Translations under genes and position numbers: made by a program
Source: Escherichia phage EPFV3-03/2025
Reading direction: 5' to 3' (one strand)
DNA length: 64,000 bases
Sequence record: PV435126.1
Part shown: in pieces, positions 28,220 to 37,798 of the stretch
Layout of the letters: each line of letters starts with the position of its first letter
How positions within the stretch are numbered: the first letter of the stretch is position 1
The notes under the pieces: model-generated
Told to the model about the DNA's origin: nothing
Database searches by the model: none
Seen by the model: the letters and a program-made list of their open reading frames with translations, nothing else

Positions 28220-29389
28220 TTATAGTTTACCCATGCTTGTTACTTTGCCGTCTGTTGAACCTGTCACTTTACGATTCAGCGGAACAGAAACAAAGTCAGG
28301 ATAAATCCGCTCTGCAGAACATTCTAGAGCCAATCGTTTCAAATCGTAGTTAGGATCCCCAGGGTTCATGTTGACACCCTCCTCTAAGAAGAACAGCACT
28401 TTAGGGAACACAGGTGTGATCCGTTCTTCACCAAGACCCATTTTGTGAACTTTCAAGTAGTTTTTGGTAATCATTCTACCAAAGACCGAGGTATCTAGCC
28501 CTAAACTTAATGTGATGAATGGAGTTTGCCCGTTGACAGAAGTTAACGTATTGATTTGGTAGAGCAAAGTTTGCATACTATCAAACACGTCTTTATCTGT
28601 CATTTGCATTGCAACAGTCTCAGCATCTGGCAACCAATGTTCCTGACAAAATTTAAGGTTCTTCTCGTAGGTTGCTTCAGCATACTGTGCCAGATAATGA
28701 TCAATATGGCTCATGGTCTGACCACCATATTGAGCACTAGCTACTGCACTAGAGATTTGGCTAAGGATTGTTGTTGCAACCCCTATTGACTTCGGCTTAC
28801 TGACATGGGCGTTGCCAATGTTGAATCCGTTTTCCAGCATATCCGGATAATTTACCAAACAACAGTTTGTTAACGGACTGATCAGGTAGTCAAGATCATG
28901 CACATGGATGAAGCCTTTGTTGTGCTCTTCGGAGACACGGTCTGGCAGGATCTGTGTTGATGCAAGATGTTTGCTAAGGATTCCTGCAAGCAGGTCACGA
29001 TGAGTGTGTACATGATTAGTAGGCTTATTTGCGTTTTCTTTTGTAAATTCATCACAAGTACGATCCAAGAAGCCGCTAATATCTGCAAGCAGTTTTCCAC
29101 CTGCCTCTCTGTTATTATCCCTTGTCTGTCTATACTGGATGTATTCTCTGGCTGCACATTTTAAACCCATATCCATAAGAGCATCTTCAACAAGGATATG
29201 GATATTTTTTACAGAGATCGTGCACTGGTCAGTTGGCAGATTGTTGGCAACAACTTCATTAACCGCACAGGCAATCCGGTAAGCTTCTTCTTCAGTATGT
29301 CCAGACTCAAGTAAGGCGGACTCTGCCGCCTTGATCACCTTAATTCCGTTATAAAACTCTTCTCTACCGTCCCGTTTTACAACTTTCAC
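28220..29389 (-). CDS. nrdD: anaerobic ribonucleoside-triphosphate reductase, N-terminal part (ATP-cone)
   Basis: ATP-cone-like N-terminus MKVVKRDGREEFYNGIKV; halves total 719 aa, near full-length NrdD. Confidence 0.85.
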   Translation of the reverse strand: MKVVKRDGREEFYNGIKVIKAAESALLESGHTEEEAYRIACAVNEVVANNLPTDQCTISVKNIHILVEDALMDMGLKCAAREYIQYRQTRDNNREAGGKLLADISGFLDRTCDEFTKENANKPTNHVHTHRDLLAGILSKHLASTQILPDRVSEEHNKGFIHVHDLDYLISPLTNCCLVNYPDMLENGFNIGNAHVSKPKSIGVATTILSQISSAVASAQYGGQTMSHIDHYLAQYAEATYEKNLKFCQEHWLPDAETVAMQMTDKDVFDSMQTLLYQINTLTSVNGQTPFITLSLGLDTSVFGRMITKNYLKVHKMGLGEERITPVFPKVLFFLEEGVNMNPGDPNYDLKRLALECSAERIYPDFVSVPLNRKVTGSTDGKVTSMGKL

Positions 29390-29664
29390 TTTTTCTCTCC
29401 AAAACCATTCTTAACAAAAGAGATGAAATCGTCAGCACCACCTATGTGGATACTGTCAAGGTTGCTTTCCAAGAAGATCTGAGGCAACGTTCTGGGAACA
29501 AATGGGCTACACTTCTCGATAAGCTCTTCTTTTGTGTATCCTTCACCTAGCGTCTTGTATACGAAAGGTATGCCTTTACTGACTGCAAATTCTTTTGCTC
29601 TTACACAATGTGGGCAGTTATCCTTACCGTAAATGATGATGAAAAAAGATTTTTCGCAGCTCAT
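29386..29664 (-). CDS. glutaredoxin-like protein
   Basis: IIIYGKDNCPHCVRAK active-site context; coupled to nrdB. Confidence 0.7.
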   Translation of the reverse strand: MSCEKSFFIIIYGKDNCPHCVRAKEFAVSKGIPFVYKTLGEGYTKEELIEKCSPFVPRTLPQIFLESNLDSIHIGGADDFISFVKNGFGEKK

Positions 29665-29667
29665 ATA

Positions 29668-30756
29668 TTAAAACTCCCAAATTTCTTCTTCAGCGTCGTT
29701 AACAGTTGTGTTGACGCGGTAGTCAGTGTTCGACATTTCTTGGTTCGCCGTCTGTTGCAATGAAGGTTTCATCCACACCTGCATAAACGGTAGCGGGTCC
29801 TTTGTTGGCGGCACAAAGTCTTTGTCGATGTCGTAATAATCATAAATCGGTGAGCAGTTATAGTCAACCCATTCTTTAAGCAACGGTGAATTAAGACCTA
29901 TAATCGCTCTTCCTTCGCTGAAAATATAGTCACTCCAACCGTACTCCTTGGTCCGCACTTCGTCAAGAATTTCTTTTAACTCACCCTTAATCTCAAGAAA
30001 GCTTTGCTCCCATGCAGGATCATCAAGCAGGATATCGATGATAGCAAAATCACCTTTCGAATGCAGCATTTCATCAAGCATAATTTTTTGAACAAGTTGT
30101 GCCACTTGAACAAAAATACCTTGCTCAGCTACTGCGAACGTACATGCAAAACTTGCAATAAACTCAATACTTTCTAGAGCTAAAAGTGCAAAAAGTGCTC
30201 TAAGGATACATTTCCGTACAACATCTTCTTCAACACTGGAAGGATCCAGTCGGTATTTTGCACCAATAACCTCAAGCTCTTGCATATATTTGACAATAAC
30301 TCCAGATCTGCTCAGCACGTTCTGGTTTTCCTGAATCTCTTCTATAATCTCGCGAGCATTAGGAAGGCATTGTCTAACAATCTCTGAGTAAGTTAGTGCA
30401 TGAAGAACCTCAATCTCAGACTGCTTCATCAACAAGGTGAAAAGCTCACTGTTGGTGATAAATGGTGAAAACAGACAAATGATAGATCTTGCTGCAACAC
30501 TGTCTGCCTCCCATTGCCACATCAGTGTCTGCACCATCACATCGTAAGTTGACTTTGAGCATGTTACGAAATCAGAAATAGACTGTGACAAATCTACTTC
30601 GTCCTCTGCCCAATCTTGTTCTTTTTGTTTTTTGTATAGTTCAAACAGCTGTGGATACTTTTTGTTAATAGAGTCGTACATCCCCATCTGCTGTCCTAGA
30701 AACAGCGGATAATCACCAGTTTTATGAGCAGTGTTCTCAGTATTAAATACGGACAT
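29668..30756 (-). CDS. nrdB: ribonucleotide reductase class Ia beta subunit
   Basis: LESIEFIASFACTFAVAE...DEMLH resembles the NrdB di-iron/tyrosyl region. Confidence 0.9.
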   Translation of the reverse strand: MSVFNTENTAHKTGDYPLFLGQQMGMYDSINKKYPQLFELYKKQKEQDWAEDEVDLSQSISDFVTCSKSTYDVMVQTLMWQWEADSVAARSIICLFSPFITNSELFTLLMKQSEIEVLHALTYSEIVRQCLPNAREIIEEIQENQNVLSRSGVIVKYMQELEVIGAKYRLDPSSVEEDVVRKCILRALFALLALESIEFIASFACTFAVAEQGIFVQVAQLVQKIMLDEMLHSKGDFAIIDILLDDPAWEQSFLEIKGELKEILDEVRTKEYGWSDYIFSEGRAIIGLNSPLLKEWVDYNCSPIYDYYDIDKDFVPPTKDPLPFMQVWMKPSLQQTANQEMSNTDYRVNTTVNDAEEEIWEF

Positions 30757-30794
30757 TATTCTACCTCTAAAATGGGGCCGAAGCCCCTTTTAAA

Positions 30795-33110
30795 TTACAG
30801 TGCACAACTTTCGCAATACGGATCTTCAACTGAACTATCTGCAATCAAAGGATAGTTCTTTCTTGTTTCATCTTCAGCCTGTTTCTTCGCGTGAAGCTCC
30901 TCTGTCAAAGAGTCACCAGCACCAACCCTAGAGTTTAAGTAATACCATGTCTTCATCCCGAATTTAGTAGCACGGATAAGATACCCAAGCTGCTCCTTCA
31001 TTGAAATTTTACCATCTTTCAACTTGGTGTAATCAATATATAGGTCAGCACTGATTGCCTGTCCTGTGAATTTTTGAATCACAGCATACATATCAATCAT
31101 GTCGTTAGTATCAACGTCCCAAGCCGAGGTATAATACTCTTTCAGTTCATCATATTCAGGAACGATAAACAGCACCTGTCCTTGTGGCGACTTTTTAAAG
31201 ATAATGTGCTCACGGACAGGATAAACCCCGTTAGTTGTGTTTGTTGCCAACGAGGAGCTTTCATTAGGCATATATGCTTCAAGAACGCTATTACGTAGTC
31301 CACCGTTTTCAATAATTTCTTTACGTAACCCTTCCCAATCCTGCTTAAGAGAAGGATCTTTCACCACACTATCGACCTCTTTGTTATAAGTGTCGATTGG
31401 TAACCAACCCTCTGGGTATTTTGTTTTATGCATCCACTCGCAGACACCACGCTCTTTTGCCAATCGTAAACTTGCCTTATGCAAGCTGTAGCTGTGAAGC
31501 TCTGCAAGATCGTGAACAAGCTGTTTACTTTCAGGAGACCCGTAAGCAACCTTGTGGCTGGCAATAAAATGTGCAATATTGGTAAGGCCAACCCCGATGG
31601 ATCTGCGTTTTTTAACAGTGCTCTCCATATTTTCATACGGATATGTCATGATTTCCATAACATTGTCAATCATAAGCACAGTGTAGTATGCAACATCCTC
31701 ATACTCCTCTGGGGTAACCCTTCCAGCTACAAGGGATGATAGGAAGCACAATGCAACCTCACCATCATCAGCATCGTACTTGAAGATATTACGCATATCT
31801 GAATAGCCTTTTGTCGGAAGGGCTATCTCTGCACACAGATTACTTGAATAGATTACATCTTTAAAAGGTGTATGCCTATTCATCTCATCTGTCCAGTACA
31901 CATACAGCCTGCCTACCTCGGTACGCTGCGTGATCAGTTCAACAGCAAGGTCTCTAGCACGGATCCATGTTTTAGGAATGCTGTCATCTTTAGCGATACG
32001 ATCAACCTCTGCATCAAACTCCTCCATAGACATGGTGAAGATACCCTCGTGCAGTTGAGGTGCGTGCTTATAAGAAACAAGCATCCAATCTAAATTCTTA
32101 GCCACACGGTTGATAAATGATCTATTAATACCTATAGAGTAGTCCATAGTGTTGATTCTTTTTGAAGCAACAGTCATAGGGTTTCTCAAACGGATCAGTT
32201 CATCAATCTGTGGATCTAGCGCAAGGAATGATACCGTTGCCGAACCTCCACGTGATTGTTGTCTATTCTCCTTAACCCCAGCATCAATACCTCGATAATA
32301 TGGAAGCTTGCCCATATGTTTAATAGTGTTACCACGAACACCATCACCTGCAGATCTTGATGATAGATAGTAGCCAATACCTGCTTGGTTAACCGTCATT
32401 GTGTACGCAACTTCACGTGCCACACCAATAGATTTTGCTGTATCGTCAGCTTTTATTACGCAACAAGATGCATACCCTGTCTTACCTGTGCGTAGACCGT
32501 TTAAGTACGGTGTCGGGGCATTAATCTTCAAGTCCGACAGATAAGTGTATAATTTTACAACATCGTTGATACGACGTTCTTTCGGCATATTCTTCATGAC
32601 AGCCATTGCTATCCCCATAAACATCATCTGGGGAGATTCAAACAGGGTGTCTTTAAGAGTATCCTTGATCCCGTATTTGTCGCGAAACTGTTTAAGGACT
32701 GCATAGCCATAACCGAGATCTTTACTGTGATCAACAACAGCGTCTAAAGTGTTTAACTCGGTAAAGCTATAACCCATATCCTCCCAATACCCTTTATCAA
32801 CCATGGTATTGTAAAATGAGGGTAAGGAAGGGATCTTTGTAAATCCTCCAAAAGCCTCTTTATAAATCTGACCGATAAGAACACGACCAGCCATACGAGA
32901 ATGAGCTTCGTCTTTACGGCTAACACAGGAGTCTATGATAGCTTGGTTAACTTCTTTGGTTGTACACCCATCATACAGCCGTTTGTATGCATCAAGTGCA
33001 ATATGTGACCAATTGCCGTTACCGTCGTCACCGAAAATAGCTGCCTTATTTAAACGTTCTGGGTCGAATGCCACTTCACATCCGTTGCTTTTAATTACCT
33101 TGGTGATCAA
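30795..33110 (-). CDS. nrdA: ribonucleotide reductase class Ia alpha subunit
   Basis: 771 aa; NLCAEI active-site motif; C-terminal CESCAL. Confidence 0.95.
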   Translation of the reverse strand: MITKVIKSNGCEVAFDPERLNKAAIFGDDGNGNWSHIALDAYKRLYDGCTTKEVNQAIIDSCVSRKDEAHSRMAGRVLIGQIYKEAFGGFTKIPSLPSFYNTMVDKGYWEDMGYSFTELNTLDAVVDHSKDLGYGYAVLKQFRDKYGIKDTLKDTLFESPQMMFMGIAMAVMKNMPKERRINDVVKLYTYLSDLKINAPTPYLNGLRTGKTGYASCCVIKADDTAKSIGVAREVAYTMTVNQAGIGYYLSSRSAGDGVRGNTIKHMGKLPYYRGIDAGVKENRQQSRGGSATVSFLALDPQIDELIRLRNPMTVASKRINTMDYSIGINRSFINRVAKNLDWMLVSYKHAPQLHEGIFTMSMEEFDAEVDRIAKDDSIPKTWIRARDLAVELITQRTEVGRLYVYWTDEMNRHTPFKDVIYSSNLCAEIALPTKGYSDMRNIFKYDADDGEVALCFLSSLVAGRVTPEEYEDVAYYTVLMIDNVMEIMTYPYENMESTVKKRRSIGVGLTNIAHFIASHKVAYGSPESKQLVHDLAELHSYSLHKASLRLAKERGVCEWMHKTKYPEGWLPIDTYNKEVDSVVKDPSLKQDWEGLRKEIIENGGLRNSVLEAYMPNESSSLATNTTNGVYPVREHIIFKKSPQGQVLFIVPEYDELKEYYTSAWDVDTNDMIDMYAVIQKFTGQAISADLYIDYTKLKDGKISMKEQLGYLIRATKFGMKTWYYLNSRVGAGDSLTEELHAKKQAEDETRKNYPLIADSSVEDPYCESCAL

Positions 33111-33337
33111 TTTGCTTCCTCCACTTCATCAACGTATTTATCAAGGCAGGTATCAGTATCTTGTTGGATAAAGGTATCCTCTTCTACAGAGATATTTATA
33201 ATTTTACCTGTATATTCATCATAATAAACATCATCATACATTTTAATATCGTTTGTCAGACCGTTGAACCAAAGCCAACCAACATACTCTGCCCGACTTG
33301 CAAAACCAAGATCCTTCCACTTGGAGTTATGACTCAT
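33107..33337 (-). CDS. hypothetical protein
   Basis: ORF ending 4 nt into nrdA start; start at internal MSHNSKW. Confidence 0.45.
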   Translation of the reverse strand: MSHNSKWKDLGFASRAEYVGWLWFNGLTNDIKMYDDVYYDEYTGKIINISVEEDTFIQQDTDTCLDKYVDEVEEAN

Positions 33338-33347
33338 CTTCACCACC

Positions 33348-33848
33348 TTAGCTTTCAATACCGAATAATTTTTCCAGGCGATGCAGATCTTCAAAATTGA
33401 AAGGTTCATCAACAATATGAATATCTTCAGCCTTTTCAGATTGTTTTGTATACTTTCTCACATTAACACGATCTTCTACTGGGATATCATACGGAAGATC
33501 TTGAACAAGCATTGCCTCACCGGGTGCTTTATCTACATCTAAAATATCTACACCGTTATACATCTGCGGGTATCTAAAGTCTGCACGCATGACACCAGCA
33601 AATACATCTGCCTTTCGATAATGGGTTGGCTTATTTTTGCATCTAACGTTTTTTCCACGAAGAACATCAATATTTTTTAAATCAAACCCTACGGCGAAGA
33701 GTGCAGCTCGGAGACCGTTTCGTGTGCGAACGTTAAATCCGGGAACAGTAGATAGGAAATCTAAAGTAACTGAAATAAATGTCTTTTTAGGAATCATAAC
33801 ATTACTCATATCTGTCTCCATTTCTGGCTCACCAACAAAGTGAGCCAT
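33348..33848 (-). CDS. hypothetical protein (166 aa)
   Basis: ORF within nucleotide-metabolism block. Confidence 0.5.
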   Translation of the reverse strand: MAHFVGEPEMETDMSNVMIPKKTFISVTLDFLSTVPGFNVRTRNGLRAALFAVGFDLKNIDVLRGKNVRCKNKPTHYRKADVFAGVMRADFRYPQMYNGVDILDVDKAPGEAMLVQDLPYDIPVEDRVNVRKYTKQSEKAEDIHIVDEPFNFEDLHRLEKLFGIES

Positions 33849-33907
33849 TATTATAGATTATCTGATGCTATTAGTCAACACAAAAGTTACCTATCGCTGT
33901 GATAGGA

Positions 33908-34891
33908 TTAACCTTTCATGAAGTGGTTATTAAGCAGCTGTCTGTGCTGAACCCACCCACAAAAGTTGGCAGACCAGAATTTACCATCACGGTCTTGATG
34001 GGTTACACCTTCCTGCCAAACACAGCTGTCCTGTGTGATTTCACATGAAGACAGGTAGTAGTTTAAACGTTCCATTGCGTTATCGTGATCCATAGGTGTT
34101 GCCTGATGCTCGTAAGGGCTTGCATGAATACGATCCCCACCGATCAATTTTTTAGCCACACTGTCTGCCTTTTCAAACGTGCTGTCAATATTGCGATAAG
34201 ATACTTGTGCACAGCAACTAGCACTAATAGACAGAGCTTCTCCAGTGTCGAGAATACATAGCTTCCCTTCTGTGTCACGTACAGCATAGTTAAACTCACC
34301 GTCCAAATAAACGTGCTCCACATATGGGGTGTGCCATTGACCCGGTTTAAGGATTTCAGGAGTGCTATTTACAAGAGCCTCCCACATACAATTAGCCAAC
34401 ATCTGAATCGTAGGATCCGCATCGTGCCAGCAACGGAGGTGGAAAAAATTATTCCACTCGGTGCTTGTTACAACTGTTTTCATGCGTTGAAACGGCTCTA
34501 CTAGGCGGTTACATACTTGCTTATGGTAACCAGCAAGGGCGAACTTCTCTGCATGCCAAGCGGCGTTTTTTGCAGCTTCTTTCCAAAACTCTTCAGGGGT
34601 TAGCTCCATGTCAGTGTATTCTACACGGATCTTTTGATCGTGTTCCCCTCCATCTTCCATTCCTCGCTTATTTACACCGAAGCGAACTGGCATTGCCGGA
34701 TTCTCCACAATCTGCTGCAGCATCTTGCTGACAGGCACTGCACGAGAAGACATAGCGTTTCGGCTGAACATTCGATGTGTCATAAGCTCTGAGTGAATAA
34801 TTCGAGGATATTCTAGCTCAAAAGTGGTGATACGCTTACCTTTCTCTGAAATGCTGTCGGCAATAATCTTTGCAGTGCACAGTTTTAGCAT
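33908..34891 (-). CDS. thyX: flavin-dependent thymidylate synthase (ThyX-like)
   Basis: THRMFSRNAMSSRA resembles ThyX RHR-x7-S signature; 327 aa, longer than typical. Confidence 0.55.
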   Translation of the reverse strand: MLKLCTAKIIADSISEKGKRITTFELEYPRIIHSELMTHRMFSRNAMSSRAVPVSKMLQQIVENPAMPVRFGVNKRGMEDGGEHDQKIRVEYTDMELTPEEFWKEAAKNAAWHAEKFALAGYHKQVCNRLVEPFQRMKTVVTSTEWNNFFHLRCWHDADPTIQMLANCMWEALVNSTPEILKPGQWHTPYVEHVYLDGEFNYAVRDTEGKLCILDTGEALSISASCCAQVSYRNIDSTFEKADSVAKKLIGGDRIHASPYEHQATPMDHDNAMERLNYYLSSCEITQDSCVWQEGVTHQDRDGKFWSANFCGWVQHRQLLNNHFMKG

Positions 34892-35091
34892 TATTTAGCT
34901 CTCCTTGTTTTAATTTTGGAAATTTCGTCTGGGTTTATGTTGGCCTTAAATGCGAGGTATCTGTTAAACATATCGGAGCACATATCTTGGGTGATCCTAG
35001 AGGCATACACCAGCTTACCGCCCAGATCATACACCTCTAGCCAGTCACCGTATCTGACTACAGGATCGCCACCTTTAGAACATCTGCCCAT
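34891..35091 (-). CDS. hypothetical protein (66 aa)
   Basis: Coupled ORF. Confidence 0.45.
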   Translation of the reverse strand: MGRCSKGGDPVVRYGDWLEVYDLGGKLVYASRITQDMCSDMFNRYLAFKANINPDEISKIKTRRAK

Positions 35092-35092
35092 T

Positions 35093-35686
35093 TCAAATAC
35101 CTTCTAAAAACTTCCCTATTTTATACCAGCTGTTAGCGGTATAGTCAACACTAACCTTCAACTCCTCGAATTGCTCATAAGGAGTGTCTTTTAAGATTTT
35201 AATAACTTCAGGACGTGAAGCGAATTGGTTCAGGTATTCATGCCTGTCGTCAATTATAACATCTACAGCCACATTACCTTTGAAATGTGTGGCGTAGAAG
35301 CCGTGACCCTGGGTGTGATCGTCCAGATCCATAAAATCGCTGGTCCAACGCTTTAAGAACCTTGATTTAGATGCAAGGTGACCTTTCTTACATACAGAGA
35401 TAAATGCAAGCTTGTGACCACGAGCCACCAAATCTTTCATAACCTCAATAGCCCCCTCTTCAGGCTTAAGAAAGTCGTAGAGGAACGGGTCACTCCAGAA
35501 ATCAAAAGGCCCTATGATGTTTTCTTTGGGGCGATCAGGCCAATACTTTGACAGATCGTAATACATCAGTCCGTTAGAAGGTTTAGCGACTGTCTTGCTG
35601 GCTGGACCATATAAACGCTCTAGCCACTCCCACCATGCTGTTCCTGAGTCTACCAGTGTTAAATCTACATCAATTCCGATCAGCAT
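35093..35686 (-). CDS. HAD-superfamily hydrolase, putative nucleotidase
   Basis: N-terminal GIDVDLTLVD (DxDxT motif I). Confidence 0.45.
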   Translation of the reverse strand: MLIGIDVDLTLVDSGTAWWEWLERLYGPASKTVAKPSNGLMYYDLSKYWPDRPKENIIGPFDFWSDPFLYDFLKPEEGAIEVMKDLVARGHKLAFISVCKKGHLASKSRFLKRWTSDFMDLDDHTQGHGFYATHFKGNVAVDVIIDDRHEYLNQFASRPEVIKILKDTPYEQFEELKVSVDYTANSWYKIGKFLEGI

Positions 35687-35691
35687 TGTTC

Positions 35692-36294
35692 TCAGCCCTC
35701 TTTAGCATCAATATACTTGCACACAATCTCAGATGCGCACTCCCAAGGAGCTCCCTCAGGGTTAATAACATCAAACTCGATACCTTTTATCCCGTTCTTC
35801 TCTAGGCTAAGGTAAGTTCTGGAATCATTTCCCCAATCATATCCTGCACGGTGGATACGGAACAGTAGAAGATCGCCACCTGTGCTGTATGCGTACTCGC
35901 CAAGGCATGCCAGCTCCTCTTTGAAGCCACCATCGGAGTAAACAACAACCCCTTTACCTTCAGGGAAATCTTTCTTCAAGGATGCGACTGCGGCCTTACC
36001 GAAAGCATCTTCACCAAAGATAGGTTTAATCAGATTTTCACTACAATGGATCATCCATTCTCGCGGAGAAACATGCTTGCCGTCTATAATTAAGAACGGG
36101 CACGGTTCTTCTTTGTAGCGGCGATCATAAAGTGCATTCCACAACTGTGGTGAAATACCAGCTGCCTTAATTGCCACACTGAATAGCATTTCCTTTACCT
36201 CGCGGTGATGCGAGTTTGGAATGGCTTCCAACAAAAGATCTGCGATATGGTCTTTTCCAGAACTTGGTGGAGCATTAAGAACAATAATATCCAT
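35692..36294 (-). CDS. P-loop NTPase, putative (deoxy)nucleotide kinase
   Basis: N-terminal Walker A LNAPPSSGKD. Confidence 0.45.
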   Translation of the reverse strand: MDIIVLNAPPSSGKDHIADLLLEAIPNSHHREVKEMLFSVAIKAAGISPQLWNALYDRRYKEEPCPFLIIDGKHVSPREWMIHCSENLIKPIFGEDAFGKAAVASLKKDFPEGKGVVVYSDGGFKEELACLGEYAYSTGGDLLLFRIHRAGYDWGNDSRTYLSLEKNGIKGIEFDVINPEGAPWECASEIVCKYIDAKEG

Positions 36295-36497
36295 TAAAAA
36301 CCTCCGTGGTATTCTTCAACTGCATCAATAATACTTTTACACTTATCTACCAGCTCGTTAGCTACTACAGCATCGTCTTCCCAAACAGCCTCCTCAATCT
36401 GATCAAGCAATGATCGCATCTTATTCATCATTTCTGGGATAAAGCTTTCTGAAAAGCTGTCTGGAATTGTTAACTCTGGTGTCATTGCGGTCTCCAA
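36294..36497 (-). CDS. hypothetical acidic protein (67 aa)
   Basis: Coupled ORF. Confidence 0.45.
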   Translation of the reverse strand: METAMTPELTIPDSFSESFIPEMMNKMRSLLDQIEEAVWEDDAVVANELVDKCKSIIDAVEEYHGGF

Positions 36498-36512
36498 TCA
36501 TACTGTGCGTTA

Positions 36513-36971
36513 TTAGAAGTTTGTTTTTACACGTCCCTTTTCATCTACTTCGTTGTTAGCTAAAAGCGTTACAAAGTCTGTAAAACGAACATGAAGAACT
36601 CTTTTCTTATCCAGGTATCCTAAAGCCACACCTGAGAAATTTACCATCAAAGGTGCTAAAGAAGCTCTAGCACTGAAATGCTGCTGTTCCACTCTTCCAA
36701 CACCCTTAGTATAAGAAGGGTTGAGATTGTAAGTTCTGAATCCAAGTTTTGTTGGGGCTTTAGAATTAAAAACAACTTTATAACGTTTCTTACTCAACTT
36801 ATGTTCCAGAATAAGCATACCCTTTTCACCACGGATAAGCTGAAAATCTGTAAAATGCTCTTTTAAGACAAAAGGTAGTGCCAGCCCCATAGCCTGTCCC
36901 CTTTGCACGGCTGTTTCACCAAAAGCCTTTGCATCAGTAAGCTCTTTAGTCAAGTCTATACTTTTGATCAT
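36513..36971 (-). CDS. hypothetical protein (152 aa)
   Basis: ORF. Confidence 0.5.
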   Translation of the reverse strand: MIKSIDLTKELTDAKAFGETAVQRGQAMGLALPFVLKEHFTDFQLIRGEKGMLILEHKLSKKRYKVVFNSKAPTKLGFRTYNLNPSYTKGVGRVEQQHFSARASLAPLMVNFSGVALGYLDKKRVLHVRFTDFVTLLANNEVDEKGRVKTNF

Positions 36972-37752
36972 ACCTGGTCTCCAAAATGTATTGTAGTTCT
37001 TTCTTGCCTATACTCTTCATTCCAGCAGTCTTACCTGCTTCTTCTTGAAAAGAAGAATAGCATTCAGCAAACACTCTGTCAACACCCTCAACTAAAGATT
37101 TTATGAAATATGTTGATTCTTCAGATTTTGGGTCATCATCTCCCAATACTTTTCCAGCATTATACCCAACACGTCTTATGCAGAAGTCGTAGTCATCCGG
37201 TGTGCTAAAAGAAAATAGCTTATTCTCTCCAATCTCTACAGGATCCCTATTGCACACCTTTTTCTCCCAAATTTGGAAAACACATGGCACGTCATAAGGT
37301 TTGTCGTTAAGTAAAAACGAGTTCTTGGGGCACCTTTCGCTGTAGATAAGGTGCATTGACATGTCCAACTTGTTTGCAAAAAATATTTTTTCAAATGTCC
37401 GTGGCAAGATGAAGGCTATAGCCCCGCCAGGCTCTAGCAATGATGCACAGTGGTTAAAGAACTTGCAAGCTAAAGACGAATTTTTGCCGAATGGAGGATT
37501 ACCTATGAAGACATCAGCCTTAGGGTACACCTCTAAGAAGTTTGCCTTAATACACGGTGTTGGGCCTTCAAATTCAGGATCTGGTACCAAATCGTACGAC
37601 AGTATCTCTGAAAATAGTTTTGAAAAAGAACCCTTTCCAGCAGAAGGCTCAACGTATGCACAATTCCCATACCTAGCTTTTACTTTACCAACAAGATATT
37701 CTGCATACTCAGGGTCTGTGTAATATTTGTCGTTGGACTCTTTCTTGCTCAA
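36946..37752 (-). CDS. DNA methyltransferase (amino-MTase, NPPF type)
   Basis: SAM-binding-like EPSAGKGSF followed by catalytic GNPPFG. Confidence 0.65.
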   Translation of the reverse strand: MSKKESNDKYYTDPEYAEYLVGKVKARYGNCAYVEPSAGKGSFSKLFSEILSYDLVPDPEFEGPTPCIKANFLEVYPKADVFIGNPPFGKNSSLACKFFNHCASLLEPGGAIAFILPRTFEKIFFANKLDMSMHLIYSERCPKNSFLLNDKPYDVPCVFQIWEKKVCNRDPVEIGENKLFSFSTPDDYDFCIRRVGYNAGKVLGDDDPKSEESTYFIKSLVEGVDRVFAECYSSFQEEAGKTAGMKSIGKKELQYILETRYDQKYRLD

Positions 37753-37798
37753 GGTGCCTCCAAAATGAAAAGGGGAGGCGCAAGCCTCCCTCTACTTG

